From Candidatus Marinacidobacterales bacterium (GTDB lineage: Bacteria > Acidobacteriota > Vicinamibacteria > Marinacidobacterales > DATDRI01): a stretch of DNA of 64,000 nucleotides. The notes below the pieces were generated by a model. It was not told the DNA's origin and made no database searches. It saw nothing but the letters and a program-made list of their open reading frames with translations. The DNA is taken from NCBI GenBank assembly GCA_965219415.1, contig OZ244742.1, forward strand, positions 896,001 through 960,000. The letters are read 5' to 3'. Positions 32,839-42,457 of the stretch are shown one piece after another. Numbering within the stretch: position 1 is the first letter of the stretch; every line of letters starts with the position of its first letter. The translations under genes were made by a program, and so were the position numbers.

Positions 32839-33375
32839 TCACGCCTTCGTTGTCATGGGACGGGAAACCAAGAAAATGGGAAGAATGAACACTACGAACG
32901 ATAGCAGGATGATCGCCGACCCGACCAGCGGTCGCGACTCCAGCCCTGTAGCTAACACCTCCGGCCAGCACAGAAAGATTCCGGCCATCAATAGGTGAAC
33001 GAAGAAATTGACATAGACGGCCATGCTGAAGCTGGTTTTCGGGTCGGCCGTGCCCACCGCGGTCATGCTCAATCCCTCGAAGCCACTAGACAAGAAGAAA
33101 CTCCCGACGAGCGCCGGCCATGGAACGCCCACCGTAGCGAGCGGAAACCCCAACCCGATGAACTCCGATGACGAGTTCGCGGCGAGCGCACTCCGGTAGG
33201 GCCGAGCTCCGCCGAGGAATCGAAGCAAGGCACCCTTGAGGGGAACCCACAGAAAAACTTGAAGTGTCATTCGGAGAAAGGTATCCAACGAGGGCGCAGC
33301 CGTGAGAAACCGAAACACCGAGGCGGCGACCGCCGCCACGACGAGAGCTAGCGCCGCCCATCGGGTCTTGCTCAC
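32839..33375 (-). CDS. Hypothetical integral membrane protein
   Basis: Five to six hydrophobic segments; start overlaps the lysA stop. Confidence 0.7.
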   Translation of the reverse strand: MSKTRWAALALVVAAVAASVFRFLTAAPSLDTFLRMTLQVFLWVPLKGALLRFLGGARPYRSALAANSSSEFIGLGFPLATVGVPWPALVGSFFLSSGFEGLSMTAVGTADPKTSFSMAVYVNFFVHLLMAGIFLCWPEVLATGLESRPLVGSAIILLSFVVFILPIFLVSRPMTTKA

Positions 33376-34634
33376 GATTCTTTTCCTAGCTCACGGGCCA
33401 GAAGAACCTTGGTGCTCTCCGCATCGCGGACGATGCGAAACTCGCCCCCGTCCACTACCACTTCCGCCGGACGCGGGCGCAAATTGTAATTGGAGCTCAT
33501 CGCGTACCCGTAGGCGCCGGCGTCCAAGATCGCCAATAGATCGCCGGGTCGCGGATCGACCAGTAGCCGGTCACGCCCGAAAGTGTCTGAGGTTTCGCAA
33601 ACCGCCCCAACGATGTCGACCGTCTCTTTCGCACCCTCGCGCGGTTCGATCGCCACGATGCGGTGGTAGGCATCGTAGAGTGCCGGCCGCAGCAGATCGT
33701 TCATACCCGCGTCGACAACGACAAAGCTTCTACCATGAACCCGCTTCACGTAGAGGACCTTGACCACGAACGCACCGGCCGGCCCGAGAAGAGCTCGTCC
33801 CGGCTCGACGATCACGCGAGCACCAGTGCCGGAAAACCAGGGAAGCACTTCCTGCGCATAGGCGCTGAACTCGGGTACAGACTCCTCGCCATAGGCGATT
33901 CCGAGCCCTCCGCCGATATCGACCTGTGTAATCGTTACGCCGCCGGCCTGCAGCTCACCCATGGCCTTCGCCAAGGTCCGCGCGGCTTCACCCAGCGGCT
34001 GCAAGGCGATGATTTGCGAACCGATGTGGGTGTGGATCCCGCAAAACTCCAAGTCCGGAAACTCAGCATGTCGGCGATAGAGCGCCATCGCCGTATCCAA
34101 ATCCAGTCCGAACTTGGCGGTTTGCACGCCGGTCGCGATGTGGGGATGCGTACCAGCATCGATGTCGGGGTTGATGCGAATGCTCACGCGCGCGCGCGCG
34201 CGCCGACCGTCCCTCTGCGCTAACCGATGGAGAAGACTCACCTCACCTTCGGACTCGACGTGAAAGAGCAGGATGTCGGCCTCGAGCCCGGCCTCGAGCT
34301 CCCACTCCGCCTTGCCCACGCCAGAGAACACGATCCGCTCGGCGGGGAACCCCACCTTGAGAGCCAGCGCCAACTCCGCGCCGGATACGACTTCGGCGCC
34401 CGCCCCCTCCGCTGCCAGCAAACGAAGCAAGGCTGGTTGAGAGTTCGCCTTGAGAGCGTAGCAAAGGAGATGGGCCTGAGCGACGAAGGCGCGATCGAGG
34501 CTTCGAAATCTCTCGACCACTTCGCGCGTGCTGTAAACGTAGAACGGAGTGCTCACGGACGATGCGATCCGCTCGAGCGAGCAGTCCTCGCAATGGATTT
34601 TACCCTCGCGAATGTAAAACGGTTGACTCGACAT
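33372..34634 (-). CDS. lysA: Diaminopimelate decarboxylase
   Basis: YALKAN, SGVGK, KFG, HIGSQ, DIGGG, EPGR, GAVCETSD, GAYG..MSSNYN. Confidence 0.95.
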   Translation of the reverse strand: MSSQPFYIREGKIHCEDCSLERIASSVSTPFYVYSTREVVERFRSLDRAFVAQAHLLCYALKANSQPALLRLLAAEGAGAEVVSGAELALALKVGFPAERIVFSGVGKAEWELEAGLEADILLFHVESEGEVSLLHRLAQRDGRRARARVSIRINPDIDAGTHPHIATGVQTAKFGLDLDTAMALYRRHAEFPDLEFCGIHTHIGSQIIALQPLGEAARTLAKAMGELQAGGVTITQVDIGGGLGIAYGEESVPEFSAYAQEVLPWFSGTGARVIVEPGRALLGPAGAFVVKVLYVKRVHGRSFVVVDAGMNDLLRPALYDAYHRIVAIEPREGAKETVDIVGAVCETSDTFGRDRLLVDPRPGDLLAILDAGAYGYAMSSNYNLRPRPAEVVVDGGEFRIVRDAESTKVLLARELGKES

Positions 34635-34790
34635 GCTTGATGCTTGTTCCCTTCCTCCCGAAAGGGTAGGACACAAGGGACGCTCGAACATTATATAGCG
34701 CCCCCGCAAACGAGGTCGCGTAGAGCGGGCACGATCACTCGAGGGTAAGGAATGAAAAGGAAGACCCGAAATCGCGAACCGATGTCGAGC

Positions 34791-35165
34791 TCAAACCTCG
34801 GAGCGAGGCATAAACTTTTTCAACTGGGACTGACCATCGTTTACGACCACGACCGCACCATTGGCGAGATCATCATCGAAAAGGGCGAGCAACTTGATGA
34901 GAAGACGACTCATCGAGTCCGAGCTTCCGCCTTTGAGCTTCAAAAGAACAACCGACGGCCACGAACCCGGCTTGGATTCAACCAGTCGAGCCAACCGTTG
35001 ATTTCGCGTGAGGACGACGCGATTCTCCAAAAGGGCCAACTTCAAGATCTCGGTCAGGGGGAGATCTCCGGCACCGATCTCGACGGCGTGAACTGCGTCG
35101 TGGCCCGCTCGCTTGAGCTTCTTGACGACCAGAACTGGGAATAGCGGGTCACCGATTAGTTTCAA
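34791..35165 (-). CDS. DUF5615/Mut7-C-like PIN-domain protein with degenerate active site
   Basis: From TTG 35165: KLIGD...LKRAGHDAVH...EILKLALLENRVVLT...PSVVLLKL. Confidence 0.7.
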   Translation of the reverse strand: MKLIGDPLFPVLVVKKLKRAGHDAVHAVEIGAGDLPLTEILKLALLENRVVLTRNQRLARLVESKPGSWPSVVLLKLKGGSSDSMSRLLIKLLALFDDDLANGAVVVVNDGQSQLKKFMPRSEV

Positions 35166-35208
35166 GAGCGTTGGTCCACTTTCTTCAGGTTGTGCGCGTC
35201 GGGGTGCG

Positions 35209-36477
35209 CTACTTGGATACTCTAGCGGATGTGGCGACTTTCTCGAGCGCTTCGGTAAAGACATCCACCTCTTCAACGGTATTGTAATGGACGAGTGAGG
35301 CGCGAACCGCCCCCTCCTCCTCCGAAAGACCGAGCGCCCCCATGAGACGCGGGCAGTATAGGTGCCCATCGCGGACCGAGATCCCCTGCTGGGCGAGTTG
35401 GCGAGACACATCGGCGGACGCCACTCCTTCCATGCTGAAGCAGAGTGTCGGGGTTCGTAGCGCGTCGTGATTCGGCCCTTCGATTCCGTGCACGGTCATC
35501 CCGGAAACTTCCGAGACTTTCGTTAGAAGGTGCGCGGTGAGTGTGCGCTCGTAGTGACGGATAGCCTGCATGCCCCGTCGGAGATCCCCCCGCCGACCCA
35601 CCGCGTCAGCGGGCGCTAGGGGCATGTCTTTGGAGCGCCGACCCAATTCCTCGACGTAGCCGATGGCGGCATTCATGCCAGCAACAGCTTCGTAGCTAAA
35701 GGTCCCGATTTCAAACTTATCGGGAGCCTTATCCGCAACGAAGTACTCGCGAAAGGTGGGAAGCGAGTCCAAAAGCTCTCGCCGGCCCCAAAGAAAACCC
35801 ATATGGGGACCAAAAATCTTGTAGCCGGAGCACACGAGGAAATCACAACCGAAGAAACGCACATCGATGGGGCCGTGCGGTGCAAAGTGAACCGAGTCTA
35901 CAAAGAGGTAGCCTTTCTGAGCATGGATCCGCTCAGCGATGGGGATGAGCTCGACGATGGAGCCGGTGGCATTCGACGCCTTGGTGACTGCGACCACGCG
36001 GGTGCGACCCGTAAGGATGGCATCTAACTTCTCGATATCCAAGCGGGCATTCGCCTCCACCGGCCAAAACTTGATCTTGATACCCCGCGATTCTTGCAGT
36101 GCCAGCCAGGGACCAATGTTCGCTTCGTGATCGAGCTCGGTGACGACGATCTCGTCGCCTGGTTTCAACAACTCCCCGAGGGCGAGGCTGACGAGACGAA
36201 CGAATCCCGTGGCATTGAGCCCAAATACTACTTCCTCGGTCTCATAGGCATTCAGGAAAGCGGCGACGCTTTCGCGTGCCTGCTGAACGGCCTCGTCCAC
36301 TTCTTCGGAGAAACGATAGCGGCCACCCCGTTGCACATTGTGGCTGGTTAAATGGCCGGCCACCGCATCGACGACGGTTTGCGGTACTTGCGCACCGGCG
36401 GCGTTGTCGAAAAATACGAAGTCCGAGCCGGCAACGGTCGGAAAGCATCCGCGTACGTAATCGAGAGGAAATTCCAT
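35209..36477 (-). CDS. Cysteine desulfurase-like class V PLP enzyme (VC1184-like subfamily)
   Basis: FFDNAAGAQVP, LDHEAN..PW, DSVHFAPH, CSGYKIFGPH, RASLVHYNT. Confidence 0.9.
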   Translation of the reverse strand: MEFPLDYVRGCFPTVAGSDFVFFDNAAGAQVPQTVVDAVAGHLTSHNVQRGGRYRFSEEVDEAVQQARESVAAFLNAYETEEVVFGLNATGFVRLVSLALGELLKPGDEIVVTELDHEANIGPWLALQESRGIKIKFWPVEANARLDIEKLDAILTGRTRVVAVTKASNATGSIVELIPIAERIHAQKGYLFVDSVHFAPHGPIDVRFFGCDFLVCSGYKIFGPHMGFLWGRRELLDSLPTFREYFVADKAPDKFEIGTFSYEAVAGMNAAIGYVEELGRRSKDMPLAPADAVGRRGDLRRGMQAIRHYERTLTAHLLTKVSEVSGMTVHGIEGPNHDALRTPTLCFSMEGVASADVSRQLAQQGISVRDGHLYCPRLMGALGLSEEEGAVRASLVHYNTVEEVDVFTEALEKVATSARVSK

Positions 36478-36692
36478 CTTCTAGCTCCTGGCCACCTTGG
36501 CTACCAGGCACCTGCCTAGTCTAGCGCCCGACGCCTGGCTTGGTCCGCTAGTGGCAACCGGTCTATTTTGGCGTCCGACAGGGCGCATGGCATCGAAAGC
36601 GCCCGCAAAAAGAGGCGAGTATAGCATGCCCGCCTAGCTACCTTGCTACTAGGCACTTTGCCCGTTTTGGCGTCAGGCAGCCTCTGAACGCG

Positions 36693-37046
36693 CTAACCGC
36701 GCAAGAGATCAACCAGTTGAGTGCTAAATTCCGAGCGGGCCATGACACTCTCACAGCCCTCTCGGCGCGCTTGCTCCGCGCGCGCCGGATCGGTGTGGCG
36801 CACAAAGGCCACCATCGGCAGGTTGGCTGTCTCAGGAGCCGATCGTAGCTTCTTGATAGCTACCACCGCGTCCATATTTTGATCACCAAGGTCGAGCACC
36901 ACCAACTCTGCGCCCGCTCGCGCCTTCTCCAGCAGGTCGTCCTCCGAGGAGGCAAACGTCAATTCGACGGACGCCTGTTTGGCCGCAGACTGCAGCTTTC
37001 CCACGAAAAACAGATTGTTGACGGCGGCCAATATTCTGCGAGACAT
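36693..37046 (-). CDS. Single-domain atypical response regulator receiver
   Basis: Receiver fold with LVVLDL; acidic pocket is NN and the conserved Lys is replaced by Arg. Confidence 0.75.
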   Translation of the reverse strand: MSRRILAAVNNLFFVGKLQSAAKQASVELTFASSEDDLLEKARAGAELVVLDLGDQNMDAVVAIKKLRSAPETANLPMVAFVRHTDPARAEQARREGCESVMARSEFSTQLVDLLRG

Positions 37047-37096
37047 GGCGGTCCTCCTCCGAGACCATTATAATAGTCTCTTAAACAGAGGGTATT

Positions 37097-38212
37097 TTGC
37101 CAATCAAATCCAAGCCATCCGCGATGCGGGATGCTCTCGTTGCCGCCGGCGCACGATTTGCCGACCACCGAGGGCGCGAGGTTCCCGATGAGTTCTCGGG
37201 CGTCGACGAGGAGTATCGCGCCGCGTGCGATGCGGTGATCGTCGGGGACCGCTCGTACCGTGCGCGGCTGCGCGTCGCCGGAACCGATCGAGTGAGCTTC
37301 CTAAACAATATGCTGACCAACGATTTGAAGAGCCTCGCGCCTGGAGATGGATTACACGCCGCCTTGCTCACCCGGCTCGGGAAACTGGTTTCGGACTTGT
37401 TCGTTTACCAACTAGACGATGCCATCTTGCTGGAAATGGAGCCCCGAGCTCTTGCGCCAGTAACGGAAGCCCTCTCCCACTACATCATCTCCGAGGACGT
37501 CGGCTTGAGGGATGGCAGCGAAGATGAGGCTCTATTGTCGCTCCAAGGGCCTCGCTCGTCGGAGCTACTCTCGCAGGTATTGGACGAAGGGTTAAGCGAG
37601 CTGGCGCCGTTCCACTTCAGTCAAACGAAACTCGCGGGACTGAAAGCCCGGGTCAGCGCAACACCGCATGGCCCGGGTCAGAGTTTTGACATTGCCGTTT
37701 CACCAAAGGATGCCGCTTCGCTGTTGGAGAAACTCCTTGCCGCTGGCAGACCGCTCGGGCTTCGCCCTGCCGGATGGCAAGCGTTGGAGGTCCGTCGAAT
37801 CGAATCCGGAATTCCACTTTTCGGGGTGGACATGGACGAGTCGCACTTCCCCATGGAAGCCGGTTTGGGCGAGGCTATCAGTTTCACCAAAGGCTGCTAC
37901 CTCGGTCAGGAGTACGTGGTGCGGCTCGCCCATCGTGGCCACTTGAATCGTAAGCTCGTCGGCTTGCAAGTGACCGATTCAGGCCTCCCTCTCTCGGGTG
38001 ATGGCATCTTTCGATCGACAGACGACGCTGAACAAGACGGACGAGTGGGACAGGTGACGAGCGCCGCATTCTCCGCCGGTTTGGGGCATCCGATCGCCCT
38101 TGGTTACGTCCAACGGGATAGCTTCGCTCCCGCAACCCCGGTATGCATCCATCGCGAAGATCAAGTCTTCGGCGCGCAAGTGACCGAGCTGCCGTTTATC
38201 GATTCGCCATGA
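37097..38212 (+). CDS. ygfZ: YgfZ/GcvT-family folate-binding protein
   Basis: GTDRVSFL, RIESGIP, signature KGCYLGQE. Confidence 0.88.
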   Translation: MPIKSKPSAMRDALVAAGARFADHRGREVPDEFSGVDEEYRAACDAVIVGDRSYRARLRVAGTDRVSFLNNMLTNDLKSLAPGDGLHAALLTRLGKLVSDLFVYQLDDAILLEMEPRALAPVTEALSHYIISEDVGLRDGSEDEALLSLQGPRSSELLSQVLDEGLSELAPFHFSQTKLAGLKARVSATPHGPGQSFDIAVSPKDAASLLEKLLAAGRPLGLRPAGWQALEVRRIESGIPLFGVDMDESHFPMEAGLGEAISFTKGCYLGQEYVVRLAHRGHLNRKLVGLQVTDSGLPLSGDGIFRSTDDAEQDGRVGQVTSAAFSAGLGHPIALGYVQRDSFAPATPVCIHREDQVFGAQVTELPFIDSP

Positions 38213-38748
38213 AGATCTACACCAGGACCGGGGACGCCGGAGACACAGGTTTGCTGGGAGGCGTACGAGTCTCAAAAAGCGATCTACGAGTCGAAGCCTA
38301 CGGAGAGGTGGACGAGTTGAACGCTTCTCTGGGAACGGCGGCTGCGAGCGTCTCCAATACGGAGATCGGCTCGGTATTGCAACGAATCCAAAGGGATCTC
38401 TTCTCGGTAGGAGCGTTGCTCGCAAACCCCACCGGAGCCGGAAAACGGAACGCCAAGATTTCCCTGGGTCTCGAGGACGTACAACGCATGGAAGAAACTA
38501 TCGATCGATTCGATTCTCGACTTCCGGTCCTCACCCAGTTCATCCTTCCTGGAGGCAGCCCGGGTGGATCGCTCCTTCACCAGGCACGCTCCGTTTGCCG
38601 TCGCGCCGAGCGCAAAGTCGTGGGGTTGGCGTCCTCGGAGCCCGTGGCAGAGACGGTGATTCCCTATCTCAACCGACTCTCCGATCTCCTGTTCGTCTTG
38701 GCTCGTTTCGAGAACAAAGATCGCGGCGTGGAAGAGAAGCCGTGGTAG
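38209..38748 (+). CDS. pduO: PduO-type ATP:cob(I)alamin adenosyltransferase
   Basis: MKIYTRTGD.G.T, AYGEVDELN, FILPGG, RSVCRRAER, YLNRLSDLLFVLAR. Confidence 0.93.
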   Translation: MKIYTRTGDAGDTGLLGGVRVSKSDLRVEAYGEVDELNASLGTAAASVSNTEIGSVLQRIQRDLFSVGALLANPTGAGKRNAKISLGLEDVQRMEETIDRFDSRLPVLTQFILPGGSPGGSLLHQARSVCRRAERKVVGLASSEPVAETVIPYLNRLSDLLFVLARFENKDRGVEEKPW

Positions 38749-39947
38749 AAAGCGGTAACTCGACGTTCGCGGTCGTCCACTACCACGAGATCGCTTTAAA
38801 GGGTCGGAATCGACCTTTCTTCATCAACCGGCTCGTGCGAAACATCGAAGCAGCGGGCGCGGACCTGCCTCTGAAACGAGTGGTGGCCCTCCCAGGGCGG
38901 TTGATGGTCGAGCTCACCGACGAGGCGGCTTGGCCACGTCTCAGAGAACGCCTTGCCCAAGTGGTCGGGATCGCCAACTTCTCGCCCACCCATCGAGTGG
39001 AGCTCGACATCGAAGCCATCGCTGACGAAGTAGTACGCGCGGTTGCCGACAAAAGCTTCGAGTCGTTCCGCATTACCACTCGGCGAGCGTACAAGGGTTT
39101 CAGCCTCAACTCGATGGAAATCGATCGAGCCGTCGGCGCCCGGGTCAAGGAAGCTTGCGGGGCGCGGGTCGACTTGAAGTCACCCGAGTTGACGGTCTAC
39201 ATCGAGATCCTTCCCCGCGAAGCGCTGTTCCATGTCGAAAAAATCGGAGGACTGCAAGGCGTTCCGGTTGGAACCGCGGGCCGGGTTGCGGCACTCCTCT
39301 CCGGCGGCATCGATTCGCCGGTGGCGGCCTACCGAATGATGAAAAGAGGGTGCCGGGTGGATTTCATTCACTTCCACAGCGTTCCTTTCCTTTCGAGAGC
39401 CTCGCAGCAAAAAGTAAAGGAGATTCTCGATGTTCTGACCCGCTACCAGTACCGTTCGCGACTCTACCTCGTCGCCTTCGGGAACCTGCAGCGCCAGATC
39501 ATGCTCGCCGCCCCGGCTCCGTTGCGAGTCGTGCTCTACCGTCGGTTCATGGTGAGAATCGCCACCGCGCTTGCGAGACATCGGCGTGCCCGCGCCCTGG
39601 TTACCGGCGAAAGCCTTGGACAGGTCGCTTCCCAAACACTGGAGAACTTGGCGGTCATCGAGGCGGCGGCGGGCCTCCCGGTACTGCGCCCCCTAATCGG
39701 TATGGACAAGGCCGAGATCACGACCCAAGCGAAAGAGGTCGGCACCTACGAGATCTCCATCATCCCTGACCAGGATTGTTGCCAGCTCTTCATACCTGCC
39801 TATCCCGCAACGCGCAGTCGACTGGATGAGGTCATCGCAGCCGAGCAAGAGCTAGACGTTGAGGAGCTGGTCCAAACCGCGGTACAAGGAACGGAGGAGA
39901 CGCGCTTCAGTTTCCCCGCCGCCACTCAAGCGCTGCAAGCGTCGTGA
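38742..39947 (+). CDS. thiI: tRNA 4-thiouridine(8) synthase, no rhodanese domain
   Basis: YHEIALKGRNR, THUMP domain, LLSGGIDSPVA, GESLGQVASQT, DCC. Confidence 0.95.
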   Translation: MVESGNSTFAVVHYHEIALKGRNRPFFINRLVRNIEAAGADLPLKRVVALPGRLMVELTDEAAWPRLRERLAQVVGIANFSPTHRVELDIEAIADEVVRAVADKSFESFRITTRRAYKGFSLNSMEIDRAVGARVKEACGARVDLKSPELTVYIEILPREALFHVEKIGGLQGVPVGTAGRVAALLSGGIDSPVAAYRMMKRGCRVDFIHFHSVPFLSRASQQKVKEILDVLTRYQYRSRLYLVAFGNLQRQIMLAAPAPLRVVLYRRFMVRIATALARHRRARALVTGESLGQVASQTLENLAVIEAAAGLPVLRPLIGMDKAEITTQAKEVGTYEISIIPDQDCCQLFIPAYPATRSRLDEVIAAEQELDVEELVQTAVQGTEETRFSFPAATQALQAS

Positions 39948-39983
39948 TGGAGGCTTCCACCTCGAGTCATGGCGCGACCGAAG

Positions 39984-40802
39984 CTACAAAGAGCCCAAAA
40001 AATCTTCCCACGCCGACCAATAATCTTCGCCACCGGCCAAAAAAGTGTCGTTGTGATCGGCGCCGACAATCGCGTAGAAGCGCTTGGGTTCCGGGGCCGC
40101 CTTAAAAAGGGCCTCTCCTTGAGCGAAGGGTACGACTCGATCGCGGGTTCCATGCAGGACGAGGAGCGGGACATCGAGGGACGGAATCTTGGCCAGATTC
40201 TCGTATCGCGTGCGTGCAAGCCGCCCAAGGGGAAGAAAGGGATAGGCCGCGGCGGCCATGTCGCGGATCGAAGAAAAAGGCGCCTCCAAGACCAGAGCCG
40301 ACGACGGTCTTTCGAGTGCCAACTGGACCGCAATCGCAGCACCGAGCGACTCGCCGAAAAGAACGATCTGGTCCGGACTGAGCCCACGGTCGACCAGGTA
40401 TTGGTACGCCGCTCGGCCGTCCGAGTACGTACCTTCTTCGTTGGGACTCCCCTCACTTTTTCCGTAGCCGCGATAGTCGAAGAGAAAGACGCTCAGCTCG
40501 AGTTTGGCCTGCAAGAGAAGGGTTCGGTCGAGCCGGTGCGAAATGTTGCCGGCGTTCCCGTGACAGACGAGCACGGTGCGGCGAGCATTCGGAACCGGCA
40601 AGAACCAACCGTGCAGTCGGACACCGTCTTCCGTTTGAAGCCTTACTTCTTCGAAGGCGAGCCCCAGGTCGGCGGGGGTCAGTTCATGTGCGCGATAAGG
40701 AAAGTAGATGAGCTTCTCTTCGAAAATCAACGGGGCCACCTGCAGGCCGAGGATCGCCAGCACCGCTATCAACAGCGGGCGCTTCGCTTCGGCCGCCTTC
40801 AT
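39984..40802 (-). CDS. Alpha/beta hydrolase (Bem46/ABHD13-like)
   Basis: HGNAGN, DYRGYG.SEG.P, GESLG, HGTRD, DHND. Confidence 0.9.
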   Translation of the reverse strand: MKAAEAKRPLLIAVLAILGLQVAPLIFEEKLIYFPYRAHELTPADLGLAFEEVRLQTEDGVRLHGWFLPVPNARRTVLVCHGNAGNISHRLDRTLLLQAKLELSVFLFDYRGYGKSEGSPNEEGTYSDGRAAYQYLVDRGLSPDQIVLFGESLGAAIAVQLALERPSSALVLEAPFSSIRDMAAAAYPFLPLGRLARTRYENLAKIPSLDVPLLVLHGTRDRVVPFAQGEALFKAAPEPKRFYAIVGADHNDTFLAGGEDYWSAWEDFLGSL

Positions 40803-40855
40803 CCTGCCCCCATTATGTCAAAAGCCGGAGCCCGGACCGGGGAGACTGGTGCGCC

Positions 40856-41683
40856 GTGAGTGCTCGGGACGCTTTCGCACGCATCGCGTCGGGTGAGGAT
40901 AGCCCGATCGAGATCGATCGGGCGGCCTTGCTCATCTCGGCCGAGGAGTACCCGAACCTGGTGGTGAACGACTACCTCGGGAAGCTCGATGACTTGGCGG
41001 AGCGAGTCCGCCAGCGTCTCTATGTCGGCGCCGGACCCCATGAAACTTTGGCCCGGCTCAACCAAGTGCTGTTCGACGAAGAGGAGTTCCGAGGGGATGA
41101 CAAGGAATACTACGACCCACGAAACAGTTACCTCAGTGACGTCATCGACCGACGAATCGGCATCCCTATTACCTTGTCCGCGGTTTACGGAGAGGTCGCA
41201 AGACGGATCGGCTTCGAGCTCCAAGGAGTCGGCTTCCCGGGCCACTTCTTGTTGAAACATGAGATGAAGGAAGAAGAGATCCTGATCGACGTTTTTTATC
41301 ATGGCCAGATCCTGACTCACGATGATTGTCGAGAGCGGTTGAAGCAAAACTTCAAAGACAAATTGGAGTTCCACCCCAAGCAGCTGCAAAGCACCACACC
41401 TCGCCTGATGCTCTTCCGAATACTGAATAACCTGAAGGGCATCTACGTGAATCGCCCCGAGCACACCAGAGCTCTGGCAGCCACCGAACGTATGCTGTTG
41501 CTCGTTCCCGACTCGCCGGCGGAGGTCCGCGATAGAGGCATCCTCCTTTCCAGCGTCGGCCGCCCCCTCGAAGGGGTCTCAGAGCTTGCCCGATACCTGA
41601 AGTTAAAACCGGATGCTCGGGATCGGCAACGAGTAGAAGGAATGATCGATCGCTTGCGACTGCAGATCGGGATGGCCAACTAG
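40856..41683 (+). CDS. SirB1/transglutaminase-like protein with C-terminal TPR
   Basis: YYDPRNSYL..VI.RR.GIPITL, GVGFPGHFL, RILNNLK, RDRG. Confidence 0.88.
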   Translation: MSARDAFARIASGEDSPIEIDRAALLISAEEYPNLVVNDYLGKLDDLAERVRQRLYVGAGPHETLARLNQVLFDEEEFRGDDKEYYDPRNSYLSDVIDRRIGIPITLSAVYGEVARRIGFELQGVGFPGHFLLKHEMKEEEILIDVFYHGQILTHDDCRERLKQNFKDKLEFHPKQLQSTTPRLMLFRILNNLKGIYVNRPEHTRALAATERMLLLVPDSPAEVRDRGILLSSVGRPLEGVSELARYLKLKPDARDRQRVEGMIDRLRLQIGMAN

Positions 41684-41716
41684 GGGACCGACGAGGCCCG
41701 ACTCGGCAGTCGGCGC

Positions 41717-41746
41717 TTGACATGCCGCCGCGGGAAGAAATAGAGT
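41717..41746 (+). promoter_or_regulatory. Possible sigma70-type promoter
   Basis: TTGACA, 18-nt spacer, TAGAGT. Confidence 0.4.
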
Positions 41747-42051
41747 GGCCCCGCGCTCAATCCTCCCCCCAAAAAGGACGGCGCTTTCAGCAGGGAGAAA
41801 AACCTGAGGGAAGTCGCGTCGGCGTTCTAATTTTCGTGGGTTTCCGCCCTCTGCGCGAAGCTCGAAGAGTTAAGCAGCGAGGGGCGGGGCTTCTAAAATT
41901 GCCGTTTTCGAGGCCCGCTCCCCAACCCTTGGTCTCGGAACTCCTTTCCTCAAGCAGTCGTCTGTCTCCCTGATTTCGGGGGTTTCCTGCCGGCCCCCCG
42001 GCCGGCAGGTGCCCTCGATGACCTGGCAGTCACTTTTATGAGGAGGCAGTC

Positions 42052-42423
42052 ATGCGCAACACGCTACTCGTACTCGCCCTGGGAATCGGGGCAGTGGTCC
42101 ATTTCACCCACCGGCTCTTCCCTTCCCTAACCTCCATCTCACCCTCGGCGCGCCTCGAGGTTCCGTATAACCCGCAGCCTGTCCCGTACTACCTTGCAAG
42201 ATCGAAGTCCGGCCCCTCCCTGAGACCGGCGGTGTGGACGGAGAAATCCCCGAGCGACTCCTTACCTTGTCTAGTGCGCCTCGTCGGGCGAACCCTTGGA
42301 GCCAGCGGTTTTGAAGACACTCCGTCCTGCCGACAACTCGGAGAACCGACCGCGATACGAGGATTCGGCACCGCTTCTTGCCACGAACTCGACTCGGTGC
42401 TAGGACGCTATTGCCGCTTCTAG
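42052..42423 (+). CDS. Hypothetical protein with N-terminal signal/anchor and four C-terminal cysteines
   Basis: Strong AGGAGG RBS before ATG 42052; hydrophobic N-terminus. Confidence 0.55.
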   Translation: MRNTLLVLALGIGAVVHFTHRLFPSLTSISPSARLEVPYNPQPVPYYLARSKSGPSLRPAVWTEKSPSDSLPCLVRLVGRTLGASGFEDTPSCRQLGEPTAIRGFGTASCHELDSVLGRYCRF

Positions 42424-42457
42424 TGCCCTTTTGGCCCCAGACGGGAGCAGACGTGAT

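Noticed and set aside
39969-40859. 296-aa plus-strand ORF
   Set aside because: Antisense shadow of the alpha/beta hydrolase.
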